In this document: positions 20,701 to 30,721 of the stretch, in pieces
How the letters are laid out: the number at the start of each line of letters is the position of its first letter
Position numbering within the stretch: the stretch's first letter is position 1
Assembly (NCBI GenBank): GCA_903930075.1
Contig: CAIYWZ010000124.1
Location: forward strand, 1 to 49,262
From: an uncultured Alphaproteobacteria bacterium
GTDB lineage: Bacteria; Pseudomonadota; Alphaproteobacteria; CAIYWZ01
DNA: 49,262 nt
Direction: 5' to 3'
Notes under the pieces: generated by a model
What the model saw: the letters and a program-made list of their open reading frames with translations, nothing else
Told to the model about the DNA's origin: nothing
Database searches by the model: none
Translations under genes and position numbers: made by a program

Positions 20701-20792
20701 AAGTTTTGACTCTTTATATTACGCCGGTGATTTATATTTATTTGGATAAATTATCGAAAAGGGTTAAGTCTCTGGCTTTACAAACGGTATAA
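17721..20792 (+). CDS. RND permease paralogue 1 (MdtB/MdtC/AcrB family)
   Basis: 1023 aa, 12-TM RND architecture. TM4 GYIVDDAIVVVENI, TM10 GIVKKNAIMMIDYA, TM11 RRFRPIMMTT. Confidence 0.92.
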   Translation: MNFSSIFIFRPIMTILLMVAFIFAGCIGYSLLPINSLPRIDFPTIQVTVLFPGTSAETMARTVALPLEHMFSSIDGVDTMNSTSSQGKTQITLQFGLNRNIDAAAQDVGSAISGAQKNLPVGLPNPPTYAKINPAETPVLYISVNSESLKNAQVDMYARNFIADRISMLPGVAQVDNLGSQKYAVRIYANPQILAMRGLTLTDVSNAVAHANILAPSGLIYGSFQAGVVNPNSSLQTAADFENVIVNEVGGVPLRLKDVATVKDSIEDDRRAAWYNKTPSVLLAVSRQPGANTVEVIDSVHNLLPQIRAQLPQTLNVDVLADRSEAVRDALRDVKYTFVLTMILVIGVIYMFLNNMRATFIPSITLPIAIIGSFAFMYIFGYSLNNLTLLALTLAVGYIVDDAIVVVENISHHVEHGMPSVDAAVQGSSEISFTVLSMTLSLGAVFIPIIFMQGVVGRLFHEFAITITVVIMISCFISLTLTPMMARFLLVADQQADKKPSRFEILYNQVEALYKLSLNWVMKRQRETLFFFTFLFCFNIFLFMQVSKGFFPTEDTGFIFGFYESTAETSFESMKRTAEKVSDIVSKDPDVLNFNVSLGGGSLSNAGRVFIALKPVDQRQKNIQTKIGDFRKAFTQIAEVQMFLQPVVNLNLGGLISKSQYQYTLQGTDLKELYKYTQNFEQELKKIPGFLDVTTDLQLNVMNANVKINRDRASMLGIAISDITNVLGSAFGDLQISTIYNDQDSYKVILDASKNQSRVLGDLSHLFVKTKKGDLVRLDTVAKFEFGNSALTVNHFNEVPCTTVSFNLRPDMSLGEAVAKLDEAEINLKRPQSITGAFQGTTQVFKAMQTQALWLILAAVLTIYLILGMLYESYIHPLTILSSLPTAGIGALMALIFTGMNLDVISLIGFIMLIGIVKKNAIMMIDYALVEERQHGKSPEEAIVEAAFRRFRPIMMTTLAAIVGILPITFGLGAGAELRQPLGVAVAGGLMVSQVLTLYITPVIYIYLDKLSKRVKSLALQTV

Positions 20793-20794
20793 TT

Positions 20795-23700
20795 ATGGGA
20801 TTTTCGAGCATTTTTATCCTCCGGCCGATTATGACGACGCTTTTAATGCTCTCGTTTATTTTTGCTGGTGCTCTTGGTTATGTATTTCTGCCCATTAATT
20901 CGCTTCCAAGAATTGATTTTCCAACGATTCAGGTCTCTGCCAGTTTTCCGGGAACTTCCGCTGAAACAATGTCGCGGACTGTGGCTTTGCCTTTAGAGAG
21001 GGCTTTTTCTTCCATTGCAGGGGTTGATACGATGAATTCTGTCAGCAGCCAGGGAACAACGCAAATCACCTTGCAATTTGTGTTAGAAAGAGACGTTGAT
21101 GCCGCGGCTCAGGATGTTGAATCTGCCATTGCTGCAGCTCAAAAGAATCTCCCCACGGGCATGCCCACACCGCCTAGTTATAAAAAATTTAACCCTTCGG
21201 AAACCCCTGTGATTTTTGTCTCCGTGAATTCGGATACTCTGCCTTTATTTGAGATTGATAAATATTGTCAAACGTTTATTGGGGACCGTATTTCAATGCT
21301 TCCTGGAGTTGCACAGGTGGATATTATGGGAAGTCAAAAATATGCGGTGCGCATTTATGCAAATCCTCAAATTTTAGCCCTTCGGAATCTAACCCTGACG
21401 GATATATCTCATGCAATTTCGAGTGCAAATGTCCTTTCTCCCTCTGGCCTTCTCAATGGAGAATTGCAGGCATCTGTTGTGAATCCAAATAGTTCTTTAC
21501 AAACGGCCAAAGATTTCAAAGAAATTATTGTATCGCAGATCAATGGGGTTCCCTTAAAACTTAAAGATGTGGCCGATGTTCAAGATAGTGTGGAAAATGA
21601 TCGCACGGCGGCATGGGTTAATAAAAGACGTTCTATTACGCTTGCGGTGAGCCGTCAACCTGGTTCAAATACTGTGGAAGTGACGCAAAGTGTGCGGGAT
21701 ATGATTCCAAAATTACAGGAACAGTTACCCAAAACTCTCAATATTGATATTTTGGCAGATAGGGCTGAATCTGTACGTGATTCCCTGCGGGATATCAAAT
21801 ACACTTTTTTGCTTACAATGATTTTGGTTATTGGTGTTATTTTTATATTTTTACGCAGCATTTGGGCAACACTTATTCCTGTAATGACACTGCCAATCGC
21901 GATTATCGGAAGCTTTGCGTTCATGTATTATTTGGGATATAGCCTGAATAATTTGACGCTTCTGGCTTTAACACTTTCCATTGGCTATATTGTCGATGAT
22001 GCAATTGTTGTTCTTGAAAATATTAGCCACCATGTGGAAAATAAAATGAATCCTTTTGATGCGGCGATCAAGGGAAGCGCGGAGATCTCTTTTACCGTTA
22101 TTTCCATGACTTTATCCCTGGTTGCTGTCTTTATCCCCATTATTTTTATGCAAGGCATCGTTGGGCGATTATTTCATGAATTTTCAATTACAATTTCTAT
22201 TGTTATTTTGATGTCTTGCTTTATTTCCTTGACGTTGACTCCGATGATGGCGCGTTTTTTTCTCTCAACAGAGAAAGAACGTCCCTTTTCTTTTCTCGTC
22301 TTTTTTGAAAATTATTATAAAAAATTAGAAATATTCTATCATTCTTCTCTTTCATGGGTGATGAAACGGCAGCGTCAGACGCTATATTTTTTTGCTCTAC
22401 TTTTTTGTTTTAATATTTTTCTTTTTACTCAAGTGAATAAGGGATTTTTTCCAACAGAAGATACAGGCCTTATTTTTGGAACATTTGAAGCCACAGCGGA
22501 CACGTCTTTTGAATCCATGAAAAAAACTGCTGCAAAAATATATGATATTCTTGAAAAAGACAAGGACGTTCTGAATTATAATTTATCTATTGGTGGGAGT
22601 GCATTGAGCAATGCGGGCCGTGTTTTTATCAATCTTCAGCCCATAGGTAAACGCCATAAAAACATTGAAGAAAAACTGAAGGATTTAAGAAAAGCTTTTT
22701 TTGCTATTCCTGAACTGAGAGTTTTTTTACAGCCTGTGGCGAGTCTTCGTGTTGGGGGGCTTTCGAGCAAAAGCCAGTATCAATATACTTTTCAAGGGTC
22801 GGATTTAGATCCTTTATATGCTTATACACAATTATTTGAAAAAGAGCTTAAAAAAATCCCTGGATTTTTGGACGTGACAACGGATTTACAGCTCAATGTG
22901 TTGAATGCCAATATTACAATTGACCGCGACCGGGCATCTACTTTGGGCGTTCCAATAAAAAACATTACGAATATTTTGGGAAGCGCTTACGGAGATAGTC
23001 AAATTTCAACAATTTTTACAGACCAAGATAGTTATCAGGTGATTTTAGATGCGTCAAAAAATCAATCGCGTATATTGCAAGATATTTCAAATTTGTTTGT
23101 AAAAAACGATCAAGGAGGTCTTGTTCGTTTAGACAGCATTGCAAAATTTGAAAGGGGGAATTCATCCCTTACGGTGAATCATTTTAATGAGCTTCCTTCA
23201 ACCACGGTTTCTTTTAACTTGGATAAAGCTGTGAGTCTTGGGGAAGCTGTGAAAAAAATAGAAGATCTTGAAATTAACCTTAAAAGACCACAAACGATTA
23301 CCGGTGCATTTCAAGGAACAACTCAGGCGTTTAAAGCGATGCAGACTCAGGAACTGGCGCTTATCTTAGGGGCGATTGTGACAATTTATATTATTCTAGG
23401 GATGCTCTATGAAAGTTATGTTCACCCCTTGACGATTCTCTCCAGCCTTCCAACCGCTGGTATTGGCGCATTGCTCGCGCTCATGGTGACGGGGATGAAT
23501 TTTGATATCATTAGCTTGATTGGGTTGATCATGCTCATTGGAATTGTCAAGAAAAACGCCATTATGATGATTGATTATGCCCTCGTGGAGGAACGACTTC
23601 ATCATAAGTCCCCGGAAGATGCAATCATTGAAGCAGCTCACAGGCGGTTTCGCCCCATTATGATGACAACGTTTGCAGCCATCATGGGGATTCTTCCCAT

Positions 23701-23875
23701 TGCCCTTGGGCTCGGGGCAGGCGCGGAACTTCGTCAACCTTTAGGTGTTGCCGTTGCAGGGGGACTTATGGTTTCTCAAATTCTGACACTTTATATCACG
23801 CCAGTCATTTATATTTATCTAGATAAATTTTCTAGAAAAAAAGAGTATTTACAATATCAGGAGAAAGTCTCATGA
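20795..23875 (+). CDS. RND permease paralogue 2
   Basis: 1026 aa, colinear with paralogue 1 and carrying the same proton-relay motifs. Starts 2 nt after the stop of paralogue 1. Confidence 0.92.
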   Translation: MGFSSIFILRPIMTTLLMLSFIFAGALGYVFLPINSLPRIDFPTIQVSASFPGTSAETMSRTVALPLERAFSSIAGVDTMNSVSSQGTTQITLQFVLERDVDAAAQDVESAIAAAQKNLPTGMPTPPSYKKFNPSETPVIFVSVNSDTLPLFEIDKYCQTFIGDRISMLPGVAQVDIMGSQKYAVRIYANPQILALRNLTLTDISHAISSANVLSPSGLLNGELQASVVNPNSSLQTAKDFKEIIVSQINGVPLKLKDVADVQDSVENDRTAAWVNKRRSITLAVSRQPGSNTVEVTQSVRDMIPKLQEQLPKTLNIDILADRAESVRDSLRDIKYTFLLTMILVIGVIFIFLRSIWATLIPVMTLPIAIIGSFAFMYYLGYSLNNLTLLALTLSIGYIVDDAIVVLENISHHVENKMNPFDAAIKGSAEISFTVISMTLSLVAVFIPIIFMQGIVGRLFHEFSITISIVILMSCFISLTLTPMMARFFLSTEKERPFSFLVFFENYYKKLEIFYHSSLSWVMKRQRQTLYFFALLFCFNIFLFTQVNKGFFPTEDTGLIFGTFEATADTSFESMKKTAAKIYDILEKDKDVLNYNLSIGGSALSNAGRVFINLQPIGKRHKNIEEKLKDLRKAFFAIPELRVFLQPVASLRVGGLSSKSQYQYTFQGSDLDPLYAYTQLFEKELKKIPGFLDVTTDLQLNVLNANITIDRDRASTLGVPIKNITNILGSAYGDSQISTIFTDQDSYQVILDASKNQSRILQDISNLFVKNDQGGLVRLDSIAKFERGNSSLTVNHFNELPSTTVSFNLDKAVSLGEAVKKIEDLEINLKRPQTITGAFQGTTQAFKAMQTQELALILGAIVTIYIILGMLYESYVHPLTILSSLPTAGIGALLALMVTGMNFDIISLIGLIMLIGIVKKNAIMMIDYALVEERLHHKSPEDAIIEAAHRRFRPIMMTTFAAIMGILPIALGLGAGAELRQPLGVAVAGGLMVSQILTLYITPVIYIYLDKFSRKKEYLQYQEKVS

Positions 23876-26800
23876 ACTTTTCAAGCATTTTCATCTTTCG
23901 TCCAATTATGACAACTTTATTGATGATTTCGTTTCTTTTTGCAGGGGGCCTTGGTTATTATCTTTTGCCCGTCAATTCTCTTCCTAAAATGGATTTCCCA
24001 ACGATTCAAGTGACGGTGAGTTTTCCTGGGACTTCTGCTCAGACGATGTCGCGAACAATTGCGCTTCCTTTAGAACGCTCGTTTGCGTCCATTGCAGGGA
24101 TTGAGTCAATGAATTCCATGAGCAGCCAGGGAACAACCACAATAACCCTTCAGTTTGTGCTGGATCGAAATATTGATGCGGCTGCGCAAGATGTGGGTTC
24201 GGCAATTGCGGCGGCGAAAAAAAAGCTTCCTGCGGGACTCCCAAATCCTCCGACATATCAAAAAATTAATCCTTCGGAAACGCCTATCATTTATCTGGCA
24301 CTGAGCTCTTCGACTTTGCTGCTTTCACAAATCGATATGTATGCCCAAACGTTTATTGGGGACAGAATCTCGATGCTGCCAGGGGTGGCTCAGGTGGATG
24401 TTCAGGGGAGTCAAAAATACGCCGTGCGGATTTATGCAAATCCCCAATTGCTTTCCATGCGACAATTGGCTTTAACGGATCTGTCAACGGCTGTGAGCAA
24501 TGCCAATATTTTGTCTCCTGCTGGGCTTCTGAATGGAAAAATTCAAGCAGAAGTTTTAAATCCCAATAGTGGCCTTTTAAATGCGCAGGATTTTAAAAAG
24601 GTGATTATTGCGCAAAAAAACGGCATGCCCCTGCGCCTTGAAGATGTGGCCGAGGTTGAAGACAGTATTGAAAATGATCGAACGATTGCCTGGTATAATA
24701 AAACACCAGCAATTATCGTGGCCATTAGCCGTCAGCCAGGGGCCAATACCATCGAAGTTTCAGACCAAATACATGAGATTTTACCTAAATTAAAAGCCCA
24801 GCTTCCTCAAACTCTAAATATTGATGTTCTTTCGGATCAGTCTCAATCCATCCGTGAGTCGATGCATGATGTGAAATATACATTTTTCCTGACGATGATT
24901 TTGGTTATTCTTGTGATTTTTGCATTTTTGCGTAATGTGCGTGCAACCTTGATTCCGAGCATTACGTTGCCCATTGCCATTATTGGCACGTTTGCGTTTA
25001 TGTATTATTTAAATTATAGCCTGAATAATTTGACGCTTTTGGCTTTGACCCTTGCCATTGGCTATATTGTGGATGATGCGATTGTGGTTCTTGAAAATAT
25101 TATGCATAAAATTGAAAATAAAATGTCCCCTTTAGATGCGGCGATTCAAGGGAGCAGCGAAATCTCATTTACGGTTTTGTCCATGACGTTGTCTTTGGTT
25201 GCCGTCTTTATTCCGATTATTTTCATGGAAGGAATCGTGGGGAGGCTTTTCCATGAATTTGCAATGACGATTACAATTGTGATTTTGATTTCCTGTTTTA
25301 TTTCTTTAACGCTCACGCCCATGATGGGGCGTTTTTTGAAAGCGGCCAAGGAAGAAGAGAAAGAATCATATCTGGAAAGTTTATATAAAAAGCTAGAAAC
25401 CGCTTATAAAAAATCTCTTGAGTTTGTGATGAAAAGACAAACACAGACCCTTTATTTTTTTGTTGCGCTCTTTTGTTTCAACATTTTCCTCTTTAACGTT
25501 GTGCATAAAGGATTTTTTCCAACGGAAGATACAAGCCTGATTTCAGGAACGTTTGAAGCAACGGCAGAAACTTCATTTGAATCCATGAAAAAAACCTCGC
25601 ACAGGATTTTAGATTTGATCGAAAAAGACTCAGATGTCCTGAATTTTAATATTTCAATTGGGGGGACATCTTTACCCAATCAGGGTAATATTGCCATTAC
25701 ATTAAAACCTTCAAATCAGAGAAGCAAAACAATCGATGAAAAAATACAAGATTTTAGAAAAAGTTTCTTGAGCGTTTCTGAAGCTCAAGTCTTTTTGCAG
25801 CCTGTTGCAAACCTTACCCTTGGGGGACTTGCGAGTAAAAGCCAATATCAATACACTCTTCAAGGATCGAATTTACAAGAATTATATGAATACACACAAA
25901 ATGTTGAACAAGCTTTAAAGAAAACCCCAGGATTCATAGACGTGACAACGGATTTGGAACTTAATGTCTTGAATGCCAATATCAACATCGACCGCGACCA
26001 TGCATCTCTTCTTTGTGTGCCGATGATCAATATTACAAATACCCTCGGAAGTGCGTTTGGGGATCTTCAAATCTCAACCATTTTTACCGACCATGACAGT
26101 TATAAAGTTATTTTGAATACCTCCAAAAACCAATCCCGTGACCCGCAAGACCTTTCAAAATTATTGGTAAAAAATACAAATGGTGATCTTGTGCGCTTAG
26201 ATGCATTTGCAAAGTTTGAACCTGGGAATTCAGTGCTTACGGTGAATCACTTTAATGAAATCCCCGCAACAACCGTTTCATTCAATTTAGATCAGGGAAC
26301 AAGCCTTGGGGAAGCCATTGAAAAAATTGAGAAGTTAGATGAGGGTGTTCCACGGCCCAAAAGCATAACTGCAGATTTTCAAGGGACAACGCAGGTTTTC
26401 AAAGCGATGCAGTCGGGGCAAATTTGGCTGATTTTAGCAGCTGTGCTTACGATTTATATGATTCTTGGTATGCTTTATGAAAGTTATATCCACCCTATCA
26501 CAATCCTTTCAAGTCTGCCCACGGCGGGTATTGGTGCTTTGCTTGCCTTGATTTTTACGGGGATGAATTTGGATGTGATCAGCTTGATTGGATTTATTAT
26601 GCTCATTGGAATTGTGAAGAAAAATGCGATTATGATGATCGATTATGCCCTTGTTGAAGAACGCACTCACAATAAAACGCCCGAAGTTGCCATCGTTGAA
26701 GCAGCTCATAGAAGGTTCCGCCCGATCATGATGACAACGTTTGCGGCGATCATGGGGATTCTTCCCATTACTTTTGGCCTTGGGGCAGGGGCAGAACTGC

Positions 26801-26928
26801 GGCAACCTCTGGGCGTTGCCGTTGCGGGCGGACTCCTTGTTTCTCAAGTTCTAACCCTTTATATTACGCCTGTGATTTATATTTATTTGGATAAATTATC
26901 GAAAAGGGTCAAGCACGCTTTTTCTTGA
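23872..26928 (+). CDS. RND permease paralogue 3
   Basis: 1018 aa, colinear with paralogues 1 and 2. ATGA start/stop overlap with paralogue 2. Same relay motifs. Confidence 0.92.
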   Translation: MNFSSIFIFRPIMTTLLMISFLFAGGLGYYLLPVNSLPKMDFPTIQVTVSFPGTSAQTMSRTIALPLERSFASIAGIESMNSMSSQGTTTITLQFVLDRNIDAAAQDVGSAIAAAKKKLPAGLPNPPTYQKINPSETPIIYLALSSSTLLLSQIDMYAQTFIGDRISMLPGVAQVDVQGSQKYAVRIYANPQLLSMRQLALTDLSTAVSNANILSPAGLLNGKIQAEVLNPNSGLLNAQDFKKVIIAQKNGMPLRLEDVAEVEDSIENDRTIAWYNKTPAIIVAISRQPGANTIEVSDQIHEILPKLKAQLPQTLNIDVLSDQSQSIRESMHDVKYTFFLTMILVILVIFAFLRNVRATLIPSITLPIAIIGTFAFMYYLNYSLNNLTLLALTLAIGYIVDDAIVVLENIMHKIENKMSPLDAAIQGSSEISFTVLSMTLSLVAVFIPIIFMEGIVGRLFHEFAMTITIVILISCFISLTLTPMMGRFLKAAKEEEKESYLESLYKKLETAYKKSLEFVMKRQTQTLYFFVALFCFNIFLFNVVHKGFFPTEDTSLISGTFEATAETSFESMKKTSHRILDLIEKDSDVLNFNISIGGTSLPNQGNIAITLKPSNQRSKTIDEKIQDFRKSFLSVSEAQVFLQPVANLTLGGLASKSQYQYTLQGSNLQELYEYTQNVEQALKKTPGFIDVTTDLELNVLNANINIDRDHASLLCVPMINITNTLGSAFGDLQISTIFTDHDSYKVILNTSKNQSRDPQDLSKLLVKNTNGDLVRLDAFAKFEPGNSVLTVNHFNEIPATTVSFNLDQGTSLGEAIEKIEKLDEGVPRPKSITADFQGTTQVFKAMQSGQIWLILAAVLTIYMILGMLYESYIHPITILSSLPTAGIGALLALIFTGMNLDVISLIGFIMLIGIVKKNAIMMIDYALVEERTHNKTPEVAIVEAAHRRFRPIMMTTFAAIMGILPITFGLGAGAELRQPLGVAVAGGLLVSQVLTLYITPVIYIYLDKLSKRVKHAFS

Positions 26929-27856
26929 TCTGTTTCTTTAGGGGAGCTTTTTTTGAAATAATTGATTTTTTCTCTGGTTTTTTCGAATTTTTTATCAACT
27001 CGCGAATCATAAACGAAAGTTCATTTTGCTCGCTGAGCAAAGATTGTTCTGGTACGGCAACATCAAGTTTTTTAAACGTTCCGTTAATGAGTTTTGTCAT
27101 CTGGGCATCACGATAATGACGCGTTAATCCCCCCAGAATAACCGCGACAATACGTTTATCCCCCCGTTTTGCGGACGCAACGAGGTTGAATCCAGACGCA
27201 TTCGTAAACCCTGTTTTACAGCAGTCCACCCCTTCGACTTTGCCTAAAAGAGTGTTATGATTCCTATAACTTTTACCCTTGTAATAAAAAGAAGTGGTTG
27301 CAAAATATTGGAAATACGAGTCGTAATGATCGATCAAATGACGGGCCAGGATTGACATATCTTTAGCAGTTGTAATTTGCTCGGGATGGGGCAACCCAGA
27401 TGCATTTTTAAAGACCGTATTGCGCATGCCAATGGCTCTTGCTTTTTGTGTCATCATTTTTGCAAATTTTTCTTCAGATCCCCCTAAATACTCACCAACG
27501 GCCGCAGCAACATCGTTTGCTGAATGGGTAATTAGAGCAAGGATTGCATCAATAACAGAAATTTTACTGCCAGGTTTAAGATGCAGTTTTGTAGGAAGTT
27601 GATTGGCTGCATATTTAGAAACTGTAATCATATCATTAAGGTTTGTTTTTTCCAAGTTGAGGGCATCAAAGAGCATTTTTAAGGTAAACATTTTTGTCAG
27701 TGACGCAGGATGCCCGATGTAATGGGAATTATGGTCAAAAAGAACCTCCCCGGAATCTGCATCAATGACAATCGCGCTAAATTTCTTTTTTGTTGCCATC
27801 AAATCTGTTTGAAAGAAAAGAACGCCTAAGAAAAGTAAATGGAGAATAAATCTCAT
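26909..27856 (-). CDS. D-alanyl-D-alanine carboxypeptidase (PBP5/6, S11 family)
   Basis: Signal peptide, SxxK (PASLTKMFT), SxN (HSANDVA) and KTG (CKTGFT). Lys-rich C-terminal anchor. Confidence 0.85.
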   Translation of the reverse strand: MRFILHLLFLGVLFFQTDLMATKKKFSAIVIDADSGEVLFDHNSHYIGHPASLTKMFTLKMLFDALNLEKTNLNDMITVSKYAANQLPTKLHLKPGSKISVIDAILALITHSANDVAAAVGEYLGGSEEKFAKMMTQKARAIGMRNTVFKNASGLPHPEQITTAKDMSILARHLIDHYDSYFQYFATTSFYYKGKSYRNHNTLLGKVEGVDCCKTGFTNASGFNLVASAKRGDKRIVAVILGGLTRHYRDAQMTKLINGTFKKLDVAVPEQSLLSEQNELSFMIRELIKNSKKPEKKSIISKKAPLKKQIKKKRA

Positions 27857-28062
27857 TTACTTTTTTCTCGGTAGTAATTGAGCAGATAAACTCTCAAAGC
27901 ACTGGCAAGCCCTGTTTTTCTTTGGCCGTCGATTTGGCCTAAAAACTGAGGAAGGTTGAGTTTCTTTTCTTTAAGTATAGCGTCCACAGCATCCCAAAAC
28001 TCTTGTTCCAAGGCAATACTGGTTCTGTGTCCTGCAATTGATATAGATTTTTTAATCATCAT
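27853..28062 (-). CDS. Ribbon-helix-helix (RHH_4) domain protein
   Basis: SIAGHRTSIALEQEFWDAVDAI...LASALRVYLLNYY matches the alphaproteobacterial RHH_4 pattern. It has 4-nt overlaps with both neighbours. Confidence 0.65.
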   Translation of the reverse strand: MMIKKSISIAGHRTSIALEQEFWDAVDAILKEKKLNLPQFLGQIDGQRKTGLASALRVYLLNYYREKSK

Positions 28063-30704
28063 CCTAGTAACGACAAAGAGCGTTGCAATTTTTCAATTTT
28101 CGACTCTGTCCCTTTCGCTTTTTCTTGTGTTTCTTCTACGACCTCTTCAGGCGCATTTGCGATATAATCTGGATTATTCAGCTTTGCTTTAAATCCTGAA
28201 AATTCTTTTTCGAGTTTGCCAATTTCTTTAGAAAGCCTTTGTTTTTCAGCTTCAAAATCAATGACATCGGCTAAAATTAACGCAAAACGTACATCCCCAA
28301 CGACAAAGCTCGAGCATTGTTTTAAATCGATTGTGTCTTCTTCAAATGAAATTTCGCCGAGTCTGCCAAGTTTTTTGACTAAACTTTCAAAATTATTACA
28401 AATCATCCTTATATTTTCATTTGGTTGAATGATTTTTAAAGGAACTTCTTTAGATGCAGGAACATTGAGTTCGGAGCGCGCTGACCTAATGGAGGTGATA
28501 ATTTCAATTAGAGTTTGAATCTGACCAAGAGCCGTGTAATCAATATCTTGCGGGTTAAACGTTGGCCAAGGCGTTGTGATTAAAAGCTCGCCTGTCTTTT
28601 GCGACAAAGATTCGAAAAGTTCTTCGCAAATATGCGGAGTCACAGGGTTCATCACAATGTATACATTTTTTAAAATATACGCAATCATCGCCTTTGTTTC
28701 TTCTTGCGTTTCCAGAGTTCCTGTTTGCAAGAGAGGTTTTGTAAATTCAAGATACCAATCACAAAATGTTCCCCAAACAAACTGATATAAAAGATTTGCG
28801 ACTTCATTGAACCTAAAATCCACCATGGCCTTTTCTAACTTTTCATTCAAGAGAACAAATTCAGAAAAAATCCAGCGGTTTAAGGTGTGCTTAGCTTTGA
28901 GTGGATCAAATCCTTCAACCAACACGCATCCGCTCATTTGTGCGTAACGGGAGGCATTCCAAAGTTTTGTGATAAAGTTTCTAGAATTTTCCACTTTTGA
29001 AACGGAAATACGAATATCTCTTCCAGGAGCTGCTAAAAAGGCCAAAGTAAATCTTAAAGCATCAGCCCCATATTCATCGCATAAATTCAATGGATCTAAA
29101 ACATTTCCTTTGGTTTTAGACATTTTATGCCCTTTTTCATCGCGCACGAGGGCGTGAATATAAATCTTGGAAAAAGGGACTTCTTTCATAAAATGCATGC
29201 CCATCATCATCATCCGGGCAACCCAGAAGAAAATGATATCAAATCCTGTGACCAAAACAGAGGTGGGGTAATATTTGTCGAGTTCTTTTGTTTTTTCAGG
29301 CCAACCAAGGGTTGTAAAGGGCCAAAGGGCCGATGAAAACCAAGTATCGAGAACATCTGTCTCTTGAGTGAGGTCCACTTTTTGACCGTAATGTGCGAGT
29401 GCTTTATTTTCCGCTTCTTCTTGGCTGTTTTCAACAAATGTATGACCATCTGGGCCATACCAGGCAGGGATACGGTGACCCCACCAAATTTGCCGGGAGA
29501 CGCACCAGGGCCTGATATTACGAAGCCATTCAAAATATGTATTTTCCCAGTGTTTTGGGAAATAGGTCGTTTGTCCGTCCTCTACGGCTTTAAGTGCAGG
29601 TTTTGCAAGTGTTGCGGCGTCCACATACCATTGGTCTGTCAGTCTTGGTTCAAGAATCGCGCCGGAGCGATCTCCATGGGGAATACTATGGATGATATCC
29701 TCAACTTTTTCGAGCAGGCCTTGTTCTTCTAGGGCATGAATCACAGCTTTTCTTGCCATAAATCTGTCCATACCTTGAAAAGGGGAGGGGGCATTTTCGT
29801 TTAAGATTGCAAACTGGTCAATGACCGTGATGCGATCAAGATTATGCCGGGCGCCAACTTCAAAGTCGTTAAAATCGTGCGCTGGCGTGATTTTAACAGC
29901 CCCTGTTCCCTTTTCAGGATCGCAGTATGTATCTGCAATAATCGGGATAACGCGCGTTGTGAGCGGCAGAGAAATGGTTTGTCCAACAAGATCTTTATAC
30001 CGCGCGTCTTCTGGATGAACAGCAACGGCTGTATCGCCAAAAAGCGTTTCAGGACGGGTTGTTGCCACAGTTAAATATCCATTTCCATGCGTTAAGGGAT
30101 ATCGTATGTGATACATGTGACCTTTGAGTTCTTTTTCTTCTGTTTCCAAATCAGACACAGCTGTTTGCAAAACGGGATCCCAATTGACAAGCCGTTTATC
30201 TTTGTATGCAAGCCCTTGATGATAAAGATCCACAAAAACTTTTTTAACGGCATCGCTGATTTCAGGATCAAGGGTAAATTTTAATCTTGACCAATCGGGG
30301 GAAGATCCTAAACGTTTAAGTTGTTCGATAATCATGTCGCCGGAGTGGGCTTTCCACTCCCAGACTTTTTCAAGAAACTTTTCCCGGCCTAACTCAACTC
30401 TTGAAATATTTTGAGCGAGAAGTTGCTTTTCAACGATCATTTGCGTTGCAATTCCAGCATGATCTGTCCCTGGTTGCCAGAGAACATCATAACCTTTCAT
30501 TCTATGGTAACGGGCTAAAATATCTTGAAGGCTAAATGTGAGCGCATGTCCCAAATGCAATCTACCCGTGACATTGGGAGGCGGCATCGTGATGCAATAT
30601 TTAGGTTTATCAGAATCCGTTTCACAAGAGAATGCACCTGATTCTTCCCATTTTTGATAAAACTTGGCCTCAATCTCTTTTGGAGCGTAATTTTTGTCTA
30701 ACAT
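28059..30704 (-). CDS. valS: Valine--tRNA ligase
   Basis: HIGH-type motif PPPNVTGRLHLGHAL, KMSKS motif KMSKTKGN, C-terminal coiled coil. Confidence 0.97.
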   Translation of the reverse strand: MLDKNYAPKEIEAKFYQKWEESGAFSCETDSDKPKYCITMPPPNVTGRLHLGHALTFSLQDILARYHRMKGYDVLWQPGTDHAGIATQMIVEKQLLAQNISRVELGREKFLEKVWEWKAHSGDMIIEQLKRLGSSPDWSRLKFTLDPEISDAVKKVFVDLYHQGLAYKDKRLVNWDPVLQTAVSDLETEEKELKGHMYHIRYPLTHGNGYLTVATTRPETLFGDTAVAVHPEDARYKDLVGQTISLPLTTRVIPIIADTYCDPEKGTGAVKITPAHDFNDFEVGARHNLDRITVIDQFAILNENAPSPFQGMDRFMARKAVIHALEEQGLLEKVEDIIHSIPHGDRSGAILEPRLTDQWYVDAATLAKPALKAVEDGQTTYFPKHWENTYFEWLRNIRPWCVSRQIWWGHRIPAWYGPDGHTFVENSQEEAENKALAHYGQKVDLTQETDVLDTWFSSALWPFTTLGWPEKTKELDKYYPTSVLVTGFDIIFFWVARMMMMGMHFMKEVPFSKIYIHALVRDEKGHKMSKTKGNVLDPLNLCDEYGADALRFTLAFLAAPGRDIRISVSKVENSRNFITKLWNASRYAQMSGCVLVEGFDPLKAKHTLNRWIFSEFVLLNEKLEKAMVDFRFNEVANLLYQFVWGTFCDWYLEFTKPLLQTGTLETQEETKAMIAYILKNVYIVMNPVTPHICEELFESLSQKTGELLITTPWPTFNPQDIDYTALGQIQTLIEIITSIRSARSELNVPASKEVPLKIIQPNENIRMICNNFESLVKKLGRLGEISFEEDTIDLKQCSSFVVGDVRFALILADVIDFEAEKQRLSKEIGKLEKEFSGFKAKLNNPDYIANAPEEVVEETQEKAKGTESKIEKLQRSLSLLG

Positions 30705-30721
30705 TTGATTTTCCTAAATGT

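Noticed and set aside
17721-26928. Possibility that the triple RND array is an assembly artefact or a very recent duplication
   Set aside because: The three copies differ throughout at synonymous and non-synonymous sites and have distinct junctions (TAATG, a 2-nt gap, ATGA). They are genuine diverged paralogues.
26909-26928. 20-nt convergent overlap between the third RND gene and the carboxypeptidase gene
   Set aside because: This is probably just compact gene packing, with Lys-rich tails on both strands. Nothing suggests a regulatory element.
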